DNA of 64,000 bases from Camelus dromedarius (GCF_036321535.1 NC_087462.1:9734001-9798000), one strand, 5' to 3'. Counted from the stretch's first letter, positions 33,086-47,960 are shown. Translations and numbers: made by a program. Notes: generated by a model from the letters alone, not told the origin.

Positions 33086-33240
33086 GGGGCCGGGGGCGGG
33101 GGTATAGGTCAGTGGTAGAGTGCGTCCTTAGCATGCGTGAGGTCCTGGGTTCAATCCCCAGTACATCCATTGAAAGGAATAGACAGACAGACAGACAGAC
33201 AGAACTAATTACTCCCCTCCCCTCCAAAAAAACCCCAAAA
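33086..33240 (+). mobile_element. Vic-1-like SINE with (GACA)n tail
   Basis: tataggtcagtggtagag...gggttcaatccccagtac. Confidence 0.85.
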
Positions 33241-35124
33241 TGAAAAACGTGCCACTAGCTAGATCTCAGAAAGAATACCTGTCTACAGTCAGAGAGCTGG
33301 AACAGGAAGGCAGAGCATCACCTCATCCCACCTCAACTGGGAACATGTACCTCTGGTGGCTCAAATTTCTGTGAATATCCACCAACCACCACAAAAGCAC
33401 TGTGAGTCTTGATTTGGGGGTGGTCACAAATAAATTTTAGTCAGTAGAATTGATGAATACAGACTCCACCAATGGTGAAGTTCAACTGTGTATGTTAAAT
33501 GAACCACCCCAGTCTCATGCCGTCTTTCTCACACATGGGCTTTCTTTTCTGCTTTCTTTCCTGGGTCCCATAGCAGGGTGGCCCAGCTTCTGCTGCAGTC
33601 AAGAACATCCCCAGATCTCTGCAGCTTAAGGTGAAGGCTTATTTTTCAGTCACACCATGTACCCAGGGCAACCGGCTGCTGGTTGTAGTCATGTGGAAAT
33701 ACACCTGAAGGAGTGGCCAGCATCCCTCCAAGATAGTGGGGATGGACTCAGAAAGGTCTCATGTTGTCAGTTAAATACTCTGGCCTGCAAGTGTCTTGTC
33801 AAATTTCTGCTTACAGTTCATTGGCCAGAAAGGGTCACATGGGGCCTCGCCAGGATATGCCACCCACCTAGAATCTTGTATCTAACCGCACTGCCCTGGG
33901 GACCTGCAGGGGCAGACGTTGCCCTGAACAGGGGTCCAAGAGAAGAGAGTCCCTTGCCCTGGGGTCTGAGGGAGGAGGCAAAGTCCTGCTCTGCGGTCCG
34001 ATGGGTGAGGTATAGCCCCGCCTTGCGAGTCTGAGGGTGGAGACAGTGAACGATGCTGGAGAGGTGGATGAGGGGAGACTGCAAAATATACCCTCTCCCA
34101 CACGTATTTCAGCTGCTTTGAAAAAACTAGAACTCAGGTGCTAAGATACCTTCCCAAATCTCTCCCTCTGGGCACAGCCAGCACCTACCAGGCCCAGTCC
34201 AGGCTGCTCCGGCGCCGGCCTTGGAATTTGATCCAGCCGGGAAGCAAAGGCTGTTTGTTCTCCCTGATTGTGATCTCAGCCACCCCGAAACCAGCCCCAG
34301 ATCACTTTCCAGGGCATCTGTGTGTAACCAGGGGCCCTTGGATGAACCAAGCTGACTTTGGGTCCGACTGGACCAACTGTCATTGCCAGGTCACTGACTG
34401 CAAAATCCTAACCGTTTGAGCCTCCCAGGGCCTGGGAACAGCCTCACAAAGGGGCCAGTAAGTCCCATTGGGGCCTGTGCCCCTAACCCCCAACTCCTAA
34501 CTTGGGCCACATCAATCCTAAGAGCTCTAGCCAAGCTTACGTCATCTTGGGCTACAGTCAAGGGAGAGGAAGACTTATCCTGCCATTTGCTCACTCCTGG
34601 GCACTGAGCCAGGCATTCTGGGGACTAAGAGGGACATTTCTGGAGAGATGTAGCTCAAATGCTTACCAGACCCTGAGTACCTCAGTTTTTCCACCTTTAC
34701 AATGGGAATCTCAACAGCCCTCCCTTCATAGGTAGTTCTGAGGGATAACTCATGTGGGGCTGTTTCTCTCAGCTGCCCCTGCTGACTGTTGCATCAATGC
34801 TTCCTGGCTCTGAAAATCCTCAGCTGGAAGGTTTCTGCAGCCCAAAGTCCAAGCAGAGTGGATGGAGGATGCAAGTCCAAGCGGCCTCTGCTAGTGGCAA
34901 GCTCCACGCTTCTTGTATTCAAATGTAGAGCTCAGCTGTGGCCCTTACTGCTCTCTCTACCCCCAGATCAGAGTGCTGATCTGTGGCAGCCTTGAGCATC
35001 CCCTTGGGCCCCCTCCCAGCCAAACCATCAAAGCTTCTGGCTTCTACCCCATCATTCATTCAGCCTGTTCTTGAACTTGACCTAAGGGCAAGGCCCCAAC
35101 AATTCCTCTTTCCTGAGCCTGGCT

Positions 35125-35500
35125 AATTAGGTTCACTGTTATGTCTGTGACATTTATCTGGGGGTATTGTCTGTATCACCAATTCCTTCTTGTTCATTGC
35201 TGAGTAGTATTCCATTGTGTGAACATACCACAATCTGTTCACCTGTCCATGGACATTCGGATTGTTCCCAGTTCTTGGCCATTGAGTGAAACTGCTCTGA
35301 GCACTCTTGTACATGTCTTTTGGTGAATATACACTTGTTCCTGTTGGGTAAATACCCTGAGTGGAAGTTCTGGGTGGTAGGGGAGGCCTAGCTTCAGCTT
35401 TAGCAGATATGGCCAAGCAGACTTCCAAGGCTATTGTATCAATTTACCCTCCCACCTGAAGCAAATTTCAGTGTCTCCATGTCTTCAAACACTTGGCATT
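35125..35500 (-). mobile_element. Old L1M fragment
   Basis: ttgctgagtagtattccattgtgtgaacataccacaat...gagtggaagttctggg. Confidence 0.65.
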
Positions 35501-35559
35501 GTCAATTTCATTAATTTTGGCCATTTGTCTCACCAGCTGGAATTTCTTAGCTATCCTGT

Positions 35560-36760
35560 GCTCTCTTGCCAGCTTAGAAATCCGAACTGAAAATAGCTGA
35601 CTCATGCTGTATAGAAAACCCCGCTTTCTCATCTTCCTTATTCATCTGTCGTTTTAGTTTGTCTTTGGGCAGAGAATTCACAAGACATTACGTAGCTACT
35701 GAGATGGTCCCCTTGGGGGACTTTTGGCCTTTGTGTCTTGATATCCAGGCCTGGTAATCCAATCTTCCCCTTAAGGGTAGGCTGAATCTAGTGTAGGCTC
35801 ACTTCTTTTGGGGGAAGTAATGAGGTTTATTTATTTATTTAATGAAGGTACTGTGGATTGAACCCAGGACCTCATGCATGCCAAGCTTGTGCTCTACCAC
35901 TGAGCTATTTCCCTCCCTGACAAAGAGTTTTTTTTAAAAAGTGTTTTAATAAAGTGTTCTCTGGGGGAAATGGGCCCTTTGTTGCTCTGAGCAGTCTCCC
36001 TCAAGGTAGCATCTGGCCTTCTGTTCTAAATGTCATCAGCACAGAGGACCCCCAACTACATCTGCCACTTTCAGAAGTTTTCAGGTGCAGAGGTAAAGGA
36101 GAGAGACCAGTTGTACTGGGGCAACAATGTTGATACCTGTGTGAGTTAGGCAGGGTCCTTGGTACATGGCAAGCATTCCAAAATCAACAGCTCTTCTCAA
36201 CCACAAAATAGCACGGTCAGGTGCTTTCAATATCCTCCTTAGGCCTGCTGTTGTGAAAATGCCATGAAGCTGGAACAGATGTTATGTGCCTTTCTCCCGT
36301 CCACAGACATCTCTATGTGATGAAGATAACTCACAGCAAATACCTGTGCCTCGGCCTTGGCCTGGGGCCTCCTGCGGCCTCCTGGGGGCCACAGGAACGT
36401 GTCTGATCGGTGCATAGAAAAGGCCAAAATTGTGAGGGGTCGATCCCAACGGGAGCCACTCTCAGCTAATGCCTGATGGTGATAAGAGGATCAATACCAC
36501 AGCCCCCTCGCCCCTGGTGGGGGACCAAGTTATGTGTGCTCTATGCCATCTCCCCAAGGTCCTTAGTGGGATGGAGTCCGGGTTACTCGCGGCACTGTCT
36601 GCTCTTTGGCGCCCCCCTGCAGGACGCCGGGGCTTCCTGGGTTCACCTCCCAGATAAACGGACCACATCTCTGCAATCATCTCAGGCTTTGGTTCTAATG
36701 ACGCCAAGCTTAAAATGCCAACAGCTGCTAGTGTTGGTGAGACTTGCGGAGTTCACGGAG
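35560..36760 (-). mobile_element. Probable ERV leader/internal remnant, with a SINE at ~35805-35917
   Basis: Minus-strand PBS-like tggcgtcattagaacc near 36700 and an ERV-leader-like composition. Family and ends uncertain. Confidence 0.4.
35805..35917 (-). mobile_element. Vic-1-like SINE
   Basis: ttgaacccaggacctcatgcatg...ctctaccactgagcta. Confidence 0.85.
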
Positions 36761-37261
36761 TCATTGATGCTTTTTCTGATTTGGTCCTCGCAGTTTTGCT
36801 ATGGTGGGGTGGGAGTGGGGACCAGCCCTCTTTTATAAGAATAGAAACTGAGGTGCAGGTCGCACGTCTGCTCCCCGAGCCAGGTCTGTCCTGGCTGGCT
36901 CCTAGAATGCCAAACCTTCATCAGGTGCCCAGGACACGGAGCAACCAGAGTATTTGGCTCCAGGCCCAGAACCAGCCTCTTCCCTCCTCGGAGGAATTCT
37001 GCCAAGATATTAAGGTGCTTGGCGTCCCTTCCGGAGCGGTGCCGACCAGGGCGGCAGGTTTCAGCAGGGACTGTGGGCAGTGCTTCCTGCCAGTCTCCCA
37101 TATTGCAGTTTCCAGGGCTCTGGGTCTCAGGAGGATGGGCAGGGATCAGACTGGGTTGGGGCTAGCTAGCACGCAGGGCGCAACATTTAAGGAGGTGGTC
37201 ATTTCAAGCTCAGGGGTCCTTCTGTACCTGAAGGAGCCTGAGAATGGGCACCTCCTTAATT

Positions 37262-37790
37262 TTTTGTGTGGTTTTTTTTTAAGTTGAGGTGAAATTCACC
37301 TAATAAGGAATACACCATTTTTTAAATGTTCAATTCAGTAGCATTTGGTGCATGAAGGATGTACAACCATCATCTCTGTCTAGTTCCAAAACTTTCCCAT
37401 CATCCCAAAGGAGACCTCTTCCCTGTTGGCCNNNNNNNNNNNNNNNNNNNNNNNNNNNNNNNNNNNNNNNNNNNNNNNNNNNNNNNNNNNNNNNNNNNNN
37501 NNNNNNNNNNNNNNNNNNNNNNNNNNNNNNNNNNNNNNNNNNNNNNNNNNNNNNNNNNNNNNNNNNNNNNNNNNNNNNNNNNNNNGCTTTATCCATGCTG
37601 TAGTGTGTGTCAGGGCTTCATTCCTCTTTATGGCTGAGTAATATTCCATTTATGGCTGGATCACATTTTGTTCATCTATTGATGGATATCTGTGTTGTTT
37701 TCTGCCTTTTGGTGATGGTGACTAGTGCTGCTGTGAACATGTATGTCCAAAGATTTGTTTGAACACTTGTTTTCAATTCTTTTGGGCCTC
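37262..37790 (-). mobile_element. L1M 3' fragment spanning an assembly gap
   Basis: gaggtgaaattcac...tgtacaaccatc...ttcctctttatggctgagtaatattccatt. Confidence 0.7.
37432..37585. other. Assembly gap (154 N)
   Basis: Run of N. Confidence 1.
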
Positions 37791-38868
37791 TTACAATTTT
37801 GCATCCCCATCCTAGTCCTGGCCCTGGGGATGGGGCCTGGAGATCCAGTTCCTAATTCCCCAGACCAGTTCAGGAGAAGAGGCACTCCTCGCCCACAGCA
37901 TGCCAGGGTCCTTCTCCTCAGTTCTCTTGCCCACCCTCAGAGTTCCCAGGGCCTCTCCTATTCCAGAGAGTTCTCAGAAATGGGAGTCTCCAGTGTTTCC
38001 CAGGCACCTGCTCTGTCCTGGAGTCCTAAGTGACAGGGTTATGGGGTTCCATCCATCACCACTGCCATGTGCTCTCACAGGAATGTTCTTGCTTCTTGAG
38101 CCTCAGTTTCCCCATCTGTGAGTGGGGGTTGTCCTAAGGATTAACTAAGGCCAGAAATTGCCTGTCAGGTGCCTGCAGTACCAGTCATGTGATAAAGACG
38201 TGCCTTTCATTCTTTTTTATCCTCTTCGTTGATAATGCTCACCAAGAACCTATGCTTCCTGGACACCCCTATGACAGGTGCCACGTGGAGGGGGCGGTCT
38301 GTGCAGCCTCCTGGCCCAGGAAGGAAGTGGCCCAGGCCAGTGGGCATCCGGGTCTGTGTGTGTCTGGTCATCAGGATCCCTGCCCAAGGTCAGGCTTGGG
38401 GACCAGCCTCCCTGCTGGGTGCTGTCACTTCCCTGCCCGTTGGGACAGGTCCTGGGGAGCTTCAAGCCACTATGTGGCTGAGTCTCCTCTGCTCCTGAGT
38501 CCCCATGTGGCCCAGGAAGGGGCAGGCTGGGAGATATCTGGGGACATTGGTCCACTTGGGGTGGGGGTAGGGGCCAGGCCATCCCCACACCCAGTGAAAC
38601 TGATATGCACGAAGATCTGTGGGACACAGGTCCCAGACTGCAGTCTCCCAAGGGGCACATTCTCTGCCTCCAACTCCTGCCTTTCCTACCCCAGCTCCTG
38701 TCACTCCACCCCTCATCCTGGGCCTGGACTTGGCTACACAGCACTTTTGGATATGGCTCACATGACATGGAGAGAGTGAGATGGAGTTTATTTTCAGGTT
38801 GTACAGGATGGGGGGGCAGGAGACCCCTGGGGCTCTGAGTTATCCACTCCAAGCCCCTTCAGTTCCAT

Positions 38869-39340
38869 TGTTGCGGAAAAATGTGTTACAGATCGGTATT
38901 ACAGCTCAGTGTTACAGCTCAGTTGTGACAGCAACCTGGATCCCGGCAAGAGACCAAGCAGCACTTGGAGAGTTGGAGAACTCAGGTTTATTACGCCAGC
39001 GGGCCCAGAGGAGTTAACACGCCAAGCTCTAGACCCCTTCTGTAGGTTTACACAGGCCTTTATAGGCTGCCAGTTTACACTTTGCAACATCATAAGCAAA
39101 TAAAGTATAGCAGAAGTTGACCAACCAGGAACAAGCTTTGTAGGAATAGCCCAAATAGTAGTGAGAGAAATAACCAATCAGGAGTGAAGGAAACAACCAA
39201 TCAGAAGTGAGCTCAGGGAACCAATAGAATTTTAGGCGTAAGTAAGCTGTTTCAGAGGCAAAAAGTGGGATAGAGCCTCGCCAGGGAACCGGATGGTGCC
39301 GGCACAAGAGTGGGGGCCCTGCTGTCCCCCCTGGTGCTGG
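38869..39340 (-). mobile_element. CpG-retaining (young-looking) LTR, abutted or truncated by L1
   Basis: tgttgcgg terminus, minus-strand AATAAA at 38992-38987, repeated CCAAT boxes. Confidence 0.7.
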
Positions 39341-39761
39341 TTTTTTTGTTTTTGTTTTTGTTTTTAACATTTTTTATTGATTTATAATCATTTTACAATG
39401 TTGTGTCAAATTCCAGTGCAGAGCACAATTTTTCAATTATACATGAACATATATATATTCATTGTCACATTTCTTTCTCTGTGAGATACCATAAGATCTT
39501 GTATATATTTCCCTGTGCTATGCAGTATAATCTTGTTTATCTGTTCTACAATTTTGAAATCCCAGTCTATTTCTTCCCACTCCCCACCCCCTTGGCAACC
39601 ACAAGTCTGTATTCTATGTCTATGAATCTATTTCTGTTCTGTATTTATGCTTTGTTTGTTTGTTTTGTTGTTGTTGTTGTTTTGGGTTTTTTTAGATTCC
39701 ACATATGAGCGATCTCATATGGTATTTTTCTTTCTCTTTCTGGCTTACTTCACTTAGAATG
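39341..39761 (-). mobile_element. Young L1 3' end running into a gap
   Basis: T-rich tail, acaatgttgtgtcaaattccagtg...gattccacatatgagcgatctcatatggtatttttc. Confidence 0.85.
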
Positions 39762-39896
39762 NNNNNNNNNNNNNNNNNNNNNNNNNNNNNNNNNNNNNNN
39801 NNNNNNNNNNNNNNNNNNNNNNNNNNNNNNNNNNNNNNNNNNNNNNNNNNNNNNNNNNNNNNNNNNNNNNNNNNNNNNNNNNNNNNNNNNNNNNNN
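39762..39896. other. Assembly gap (135 N)
   Basis: Run of N. Confidence 1.
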
Positions 39897-40821
39897 CATG
39901 TCTTCCCTGCTGGGTTTTTTATGGGGCTTCCTGCCTCACCATGAGTTCCAGAAACTGGCCTTCATCCCACCTTTTCCTGCCACTAGGCACCCCGAGACAG
40001 AAGCACAGGTTGACATGCATTGAGGACCTCCTGTTTACAGGTCCCTGGAATGGCTCACATGGAATCTCACGAGAGCCCTCGGAGGAGGAATGGCTTCTGT
40101 TCCCATTTTACAGACCAAGAAACCGAGACACAGAGCAGTGAAGCCTTCAGCCACAGGCCCACAGCCAGGAGTCTGGGTCCAGGCCTCCAGGTGTGTCTGT
40201 GGTCCTGGGCTGCTCTGAGCTCGGCATACACAGGTTTCAAACACTCACGGCTGGGAAGGATTCGCAGAGTCTGAGACCGGCACTATTGGCAGCATGGAGG
40301 TTACACGACTCAGGTTCGAATCCTGGACCTGATGCTCAGTACTGACCTTGGGACCCTTGGTGAGTCACTGCCCCTCTCTGGGCCTCGGTTTCCTCATCTG
40401 TAAAATGGATGGAGATATTTAGAGAACTGCTGCCTAAGCCTTCCCCTCCCCTCCTGCCTATAACAGAATTTTATTCATTCTGGACAGCTACATTTCCTAG
40501 TCTCCCTGTGGTCTCCATGGGCCATATGACTCTGTTCTGTCCAGTGAGCTATAGGCAGAGATGTTCCAAGGCCTCCCAGGAAGACTTTCAAAAGCTCCTG
40601 AGCCAGCCCTGGCCTCTACTTTTCCCTGAGTGAGGAGGTGAAGGCTGGAGCCCTGGAAGCCATTTTGTACCAAGAGGTAACCTTGAGGACTAAAGTCAGG
40701 GATGCTGTGAACTGAGAAAAAAATCAATATGTGCTGCTACTGGACCTATCTCTACTAAGAGTCCTTTTCCTGCTGCCTGACAGCAGGAAGGACACCAGGT
40801 CTCTATCCCTGACCCTTGGGC

Positions 40822-41310
<489 letters not shown>

Positions 41311-41659
41311 TCATTCAGTCAACAAATATTTGCCCCCGCCAAGCCCTGGGAGGGCTCCCCCAAATGGAGGGCAGTCAAAGAAAATCGTACATTATGACAG
41401 GCACACAGACTAACTCATCTAATCCTCCCCCACCCCACAAACACATCATCATCATATCTATTTTGCCATAAAATGGTAAATTGTATGTTATGTGTACTTT
41501 GCCACAGTTAAAACAACCCAGATCTCAGGCTTTCTGAATCCCTGTGATTGACCTTGAATGAATCACAGTCCCTCTCTGGCCTCAGTTTGCTGATCTGAAC
41601 AACAAGATGTTTGGTGACCTGACCTTGAGGACCTGTACTGGTTCTCTGTTGCCCTGTCC

Positions 41660-41850
41660 AATGTCCATTTAACACCATTCCTTTTTGGTGGGGACTATCC
41701 TGTCCATTGTAGGACATTTAGCAGCTTCTACCCACCAGATACCAGTAGCCCCCTCCCCCTGCTCTGCCATGATGACAACCAAAATGTCTCTAGGTATCTC
41801 CCATTGGGAAGTGCTGCCCAGTCCATACCCCTACCACAGCCACTGGTCTA
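41660..41850 (-). mobile_element. MER20-like DNA transposon
   Basis: ctgtccattgtaggacatttagcagc...gacaaccaaaatgtctctag. Confidence 0.7.
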
Positions 41851-43023
41851 GAAGCACTAACCCCTCTCTGGCATCAGTGATGAGTACGGTACTAGGCTTG
41901 GCCAATCAGAGCATTGCTTCCCCTGGTTGTAGTGATTGGTGCACAGCTATCATATGACCCAGGGTCAGCCAATCAGAGTCAGCCGTGGGACTTTTGCTTG
42001 AGTTATGGGAACGGGACAATTTTCTTACTGCAGCAGTTAGGCAATTGATAGGAGAGAAATCTAGAGCTGACGGAGGACTTCTTGGCACTTTATGGACTGT
42101 TTTTATGCTTTCTCCAGCTCTGCAGTCTTGCTTTTGAAGATGCCACACTGCATCAAGTCTGACATATTAAAGTGAGGCCAAGGAATTTTTTTCTCTAAAC
42201 ATTTTTGAAAAGGTCTTTATAATTATTATTTTGGCTCTGGCTAGCAACAAATGGATGATTGGCTCGATGTGCTTGGGAATTCTTGCTGAGTGAGGTCACC
42301 TCACCTCAAAAAGCATCTAAATGGGAGCTAAACAAATTCTTGTTTTAACACTTAATGAGGTTGACATAGTTACCTTTTTCCCCCCCCTTTGTGAGTTTTC
42401 TTGTATTTCAGAATGAGGATAAAAATATTCTCCAAGTCTCCAGCATTTTTGTCGGCCCATGAAAAGGCTTGAGGTCATAGGTATTATGCTGAAAGCAGTT
42501 ACAGATACAGGCATCTTTTTCAGATAGGAAAGGTGAAGATATGAAGAGGTGAATTAAGAGGCATTTCTGATGACCTCATTTGAATGCCTGGATCCAGCCA
42601 CATCTGAGGCCAATAACTCCTGATCTTTTCAGATACTTGAGTCACTCCATCCACTCTCCTTTCTAAAAAACCAGTACCTGGAGCATGTTATTAAGTCAAA
42701 TGACAAAGGTTATGTGGAGTTCCCTGCCCTGTAACATACAAATTCTCCCAATGAAACCTCAGCTCATATCTCATAAGTAAATATTTTAAATATACCTTCT
42801 AAAGTTCTATTTCTCTATGGTGGTGCTAAGGAAAAAAAACAGTAATAGCAAATCGTTTGTTTTTCAGTTAGCTGAGTATTTGTTCTTCTAGTACAACAGG
42901 TTGTTTATAGGGCTGCCAAAGATGTCTGTATGGTGCATCGCTGAGTCTGCAGGTCCAGCAACACATTTTTCAAGATTAGAACGAAATATAAGGTGTTAGA
43001 CGTTTCTTTAAAGAAACTTGATT

Positions 43024-43172
43024 GGGAGGGGAGGGTACAGCTCAGTGGCAGAGCACACGCTTAGCATGCACGAGGTCCTGGGTTCAATCCCCAGTACCTG
43101 CATTAAAAAAAATGAAATTATAAATAAATAAAACAAATAAACCTAATTACCTCCCTTTCCCCACCCAAAAAA
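43024..43172 (+). mobile_element. Vic-1-like SINE
   Basis: Full head; 13-bp TSD aaagaaacttgat. Confidence 0.9.
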
Positions 43173-43781
43173 AGAAACTTGATGATTTGATTCCTTCACC
43201 AGCATGCATGGGTGAGAGAACACTGATGTAAGAAAAGTTAAGTCAGGGAAGGGAAGATGATGTGGTGTGTCTTTCTGGTACCCAGGTTATTCATTTTCAC
43301 TCTGATTCAGGTTTTGGGGGTTAAAATTGCATTTCTGGCTTATAAAGCATTTTTTTCCTTAAGCCATTCTTGAGCTGGAGGTTCTGATATTTGTGACCAA
43401 AACAGTTTTTGCTAAGGCCAACCTGAGAAACACTCTCTGCAGAAACCACCAAGGATTTGGAAATTTTCATTCAAATCAAATGTAAAACACCAATGAGTTA
43501 GGTTCTGAAGACAACCACCATTTATGGGACCCCCCCTAGTGGGACCATATGCCATCCATGGGCTTTTATGGGGATTAATTCAGAATCCTCTCAGCAATCC
43601 TATAAGGAATGGGCAGTTATTAACCCCACTGTCCTAGTGAGGACACGGAGGCACAGAGGGAATTTGCCCAAGGCATCAGAGTGAGAAAGTGTCAGAGCCA
43701 AGAGTGACACAGACAGGCTAGCTCAGGATCTGACCCCGGCTATGGGGCCATTATCCCTGACCACCCCAACCCAGGGCCCTA

Positions 43782-43925
<144 letters not shown>

Positions 43926-44044
43926 TCAGGAGGTCAAGCTGGTGGAAGAGGATTGGGGAGGAGAGGGAGGGAGAGTGGCCCAGCTTTGGGGAACTGTATA
44001 TCTATGTGATGACCCGAACATCCTTTCACCCCCCCACCCCCAAC

Positions 44045-44360
44045 TCATTCATCCTTCCAGGTAAACATCCACCACCACTTACCATCCATCCACATCAATG
44101 ATTCAACCATACAGCCATGCTTTATTAATCCATCTACCCATTTATTTAAACAGCCACTATCATCCATTCATCCATTTGTCATTCACCACTTATCCATCCA
44201 TTGACCCATTCATTCCCACTCACCCATCCATCCATCACCAATCTTCCAGTCACCATCCATTGAGCCAGCCAACCATCCATCTGTCCATCCAGCCATCAAT
44301 CACCACCCATTCCATTCCCCTCCTCCATAACCCATCCATATACATCAATCCATTCAAACA
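44045..44360. repeat. Degenerate (CCAT)n simple repeat
   Basis: Recurrent ccatccat/cattcat. Confidence 0.8.
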
Positions 44361-45951
44361 TCCAATCTGCACAAAGCAGCTATTATGTATGACACTTGCT
44401 AGACACCTGACCATAAGCTTATTTGAGGGTGAGGAAATTGTGGTTAACTCGTTATCAGTGATGATAGACATAGAAGTTCTCAAGAGCTGACACGGATTGA
44501 GGACTTAGTCTTGAGCCTAGCAGCGGGTATACTCTCTCTCCCTGCTCCAGTTCTGTGAGATCAGGAAACGGAGGCTCTGAAATCTTCCATCATCACTCAC
44601 CTCCTACCAATACAATGGAAATGGCTTTCTCCCTGGTCTCCCTGCCAGCTCCCCTCCTAGCCCCTTTTCTGCACAGTGGCCAGAGTGGGTAATTCCAAAC
44701 TTAAGTCAGATCATGTACTCCCTCGCTCACAACTCTTTGAGGTGGAGTAAAACACAAAGTCTTCACCACAGCACAAGAGGCCTTATATAGTTCAGTACCT
44801 TTCACTTCCCTGACCCCATCTCCCTGATCTCCCCCTCCACCCACACCAATCACCTCTATCTCCCTCTACCTCCCCAAGCTGATTCCTGCTCCAGGGCTTT
44901 TGCATATGCTGTTCCCTCTGCTTGGATCACACACAGTCCCACAGATCTTCTGTCTCCTTTCGTCCTTCAAGTCTCAGCTCAGGCCTCCCCTGATGGTCCC
45001 ATCTCTCCCTCTGCCCTGTCCTCCTCCACCCCATCACCCCATTTTCCAGCATTCATCACCATTTGACATTATTGATCTGTTTTGTTTCTTTATTATCTGT
45101 GTCCCCATGAAGGTGGGTCCAGGTCCACCTGGTTCCTGCTGTGTCCCCAGCATTCAGTTCTGGGCTCAGCCCCCTGCAGGTGCCCAACATATATTTGTCA
45201 ACTGACAGAACACATGCATTTCAGCACCCTTTGAACTATCAGATGGGTGATGCACAATTTGGATGGGATCCAATGGTGGAAGTTCCCATCCGCTCAAATC
45301 CGTGGAACCCTGGACCAGGATCCCTGCTCCCCTTCCTCAGCATCCTGGAGGGAAACACTCGCATATGGGACAGCCAAGTCCTTGGTTCAAGGAAAGTTCC
45401 TCACTTCAAATTCACCGCTCCCCCTTCCAGTGCCCATGTCCCTGCACTCAGGTGACTAACAAGGAACCCCCAAAACTCTCTACCAGATTCAAGTTCAAAT
45501 CCAGCCCACCCTCTTCCAATCTTGGCAACCTAGAGAGAGCAGCCTCGCCTGTCCAAGACGCAATTTAAAAGGGGGATAATAACAGCACCAGCAGCCCAGG
45601 GGGCTTCACTGAGCGAATCCACATGAAGTGGGAGGTTCCATAAATGACAAAGGCCATCAACACTGGGGCTAGCTGACCCCAGGACCTCTCTGAGCCTCAG
45701 TTTCCACATCTGTGAAAGGGGGTCACAGCTGTAGTTGTACCTGCTGTAAATTTTCAACAAATATAGGATGGAGGGAGAGATGGATGGAGAGAAGGAGAAA
45801 GAGGGGAAGGGAGGGAGGGAAGAAAGGAGGAAGGGAAAGTGAGTGGAGGAAGTGAGGGAGGAAACTCTCCCCCAACCGGAGGCCCAGAGAGGGGCAGCGG
45901 CTCGCCCGGGCTCGACCAGCCACGATCCTGGCCAAGGGGCCCGTCCTCCTA

Positions 45952-46308
<357 letters not shown>

Positions 46309-46719
46309 TCAAAGAGATTTTAGGGGGCAGGAGAGTTGGGAGACGTCTGAAGGCCCCCGGGGATCCCCAAGGGTGCGGGGCTGCAGGGGGTGTCTGAAAG
46401 TTGAGGGGACTCAGAGGACTCGAGGTGTTTGTTGGTCGTGGTGTGAACACCAAAACTCCGGGACAACTTGAGACAAAAATCTTCTCTCTCTGGTGACCCT
46501 GCGGGCGCCCCTTCCGGGCCTCCAGGTTCTGGAGGGGCGGGGCCGGCGAGAGGCGGGGCAAATTAGGGGCAGAAACGGCCCCGCGTGGGAGAAGGGCTGG
46601 GTGGCTGTATCCAGGGAGCCTCACAGGTCCCTAAACGCATTAAAGTGACCCTCTTTCCCCTCCCGCTGTCCTAAACGCCTATCTTATTTATTTATTTTTT
46701 TAAGAAAAGAAACTTGAGT

Positions 46720-46850
46720 GGGGAGGATATAGCTCAGTGGTAGAGTGCCTGCTTAGCATGCATGAGGTCCTGGGTTCAATTCTCAGTACCTCTATTAACA
46801 ATAAGTACATAAATCTAATTACCTACCCCCTCCAAAAAAAAAAAAAAGTT
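46720..46850 (+). mobile_element. Vic-1-like SINE
   Basis: ggggaggatatagctcagtggtagag...gggttcaattctcagtacc. Confidence 0.88.
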
Positions 46851-47059
46851 GAACGAATATTTAAATAATTCATTTTGGTACTTGGTCTCTGCCCACGGAC
46901 CTGGCAACTGCCTGTGATATCCCCTCCTCTCACCTTCCTTCAAGGCTTTGCAGAAATGTCGCCTCCTCCGCGAGGCCCTCCTGGATCCCCTCCCCATTCC
47001 GCACACCTGTCCTTCGCTGTTAGGCTTTGTTGTTCCCACGGCACATTTTTGGGAGGGTT

Positions 47060-47960
47060 ATTATTTATTTATTTTTAAGTTTTAAAAATTGAGGTGAAAT
47101 TTACACAACATAAAAGTAACCATTTTAAAGTGAACAGTTCAGTGGCATTTAGTACATACGTAATGTTGTGAAACCATCACCTCTGTCTAGTTCTGGAATT
47201 TCCATAATCCCCAGGCAAGATCCCATTTCCATTAGCAGTCACTCCCCATTCTCTTCCCCCAGCCCCTAGCAACCGCTGATCAACTTTCTGTGCCTATGGA
47301 TTTATCTCTTCTGGACATTTCACATATAGGAAAGCAGATAATATGTGGCTTTTGGTGCTTGGACTTTTTCACTCAGCATGATGTTTTCAAGGTTCATGCA
47401 AGTTATCAGTGCTTCATTCCTCTTTATGGCTGAACAGCATTCCGTTGTGTGCATGGACCAAATTTTGTTTATCCATTTGTCTGTTGATGGGCCTTTTGAT
47501 TGTTTCCACCTTTGGGAGATAGTGACTAGTGCTGCTGTGCACGTGCACAGACAGTTTGCTTGAGTCGCTGTTTTCATTTCTTTTGGGTCTATACCTAGGA
47601 GTAGGATGGCTGAGTCATATGGTAACTCTGTATTTGACTTATTGAGGAACTGCGGGTTTTCCACAGCGGCTGCACAATTTTAAATTCTCATCAATAGCAT
47701 AGCGCACCAGGGCTTTAATTGCTTTAATTTCATCATTTCTTTGACAACCTTGTTATTTTCTGTTTTTAAAAAATTATTATAGCTGTCCTACAGGGTGTGA
47801 AGTGGTATTTCATTGCAGTTTTGATTTACATTTCCATCATAATCACTGATATTGATTGTCTTTTCATACACTTGTTGGCCATTTGTGTATCTTCTTTGGA
47901 GAGATGTCTGTTCACAATCTCGACTTATTTTCCAGTGGGTTGTTTGTCTTCTTGCTTTCC
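47060..47960 (-). mobile_element. L1M (L1MB-like) 3' fragment
   Basis: gaggtgaaatttacacaacataaaagtaaccattttaaagtg...gaagtggtatttcattgcagttttgatttacatttcc. Confidence 0.8.

Noticed and set aside
36500-36630. CTCF-like motifs (ccaccaggggcg, cctgcaggggggcg)
   Set aside because: Each is off by one G in the core spacing and cannot be supported without a PWM scan or ChIP.
37330-37649. ORFs spanning N runs (also 39705-39944)
   Set aside because: Artefacts of assembly gaps within L1 fragments.
38189-38852. Overlapping ~200-aa ORFs on both strands
   Set aside because: No recognisable domain or splice structure; GC-rich intergenic sequence.
42412-42473. Exon-like segment with a strong acceptor (ttttcttgtatttcag), antisense within TMEM221 intron 2
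   Set aside because: The donor is weak (gtcata), there are no partner exons, and it lies in AT-rich, probably transposon-derived sequence.
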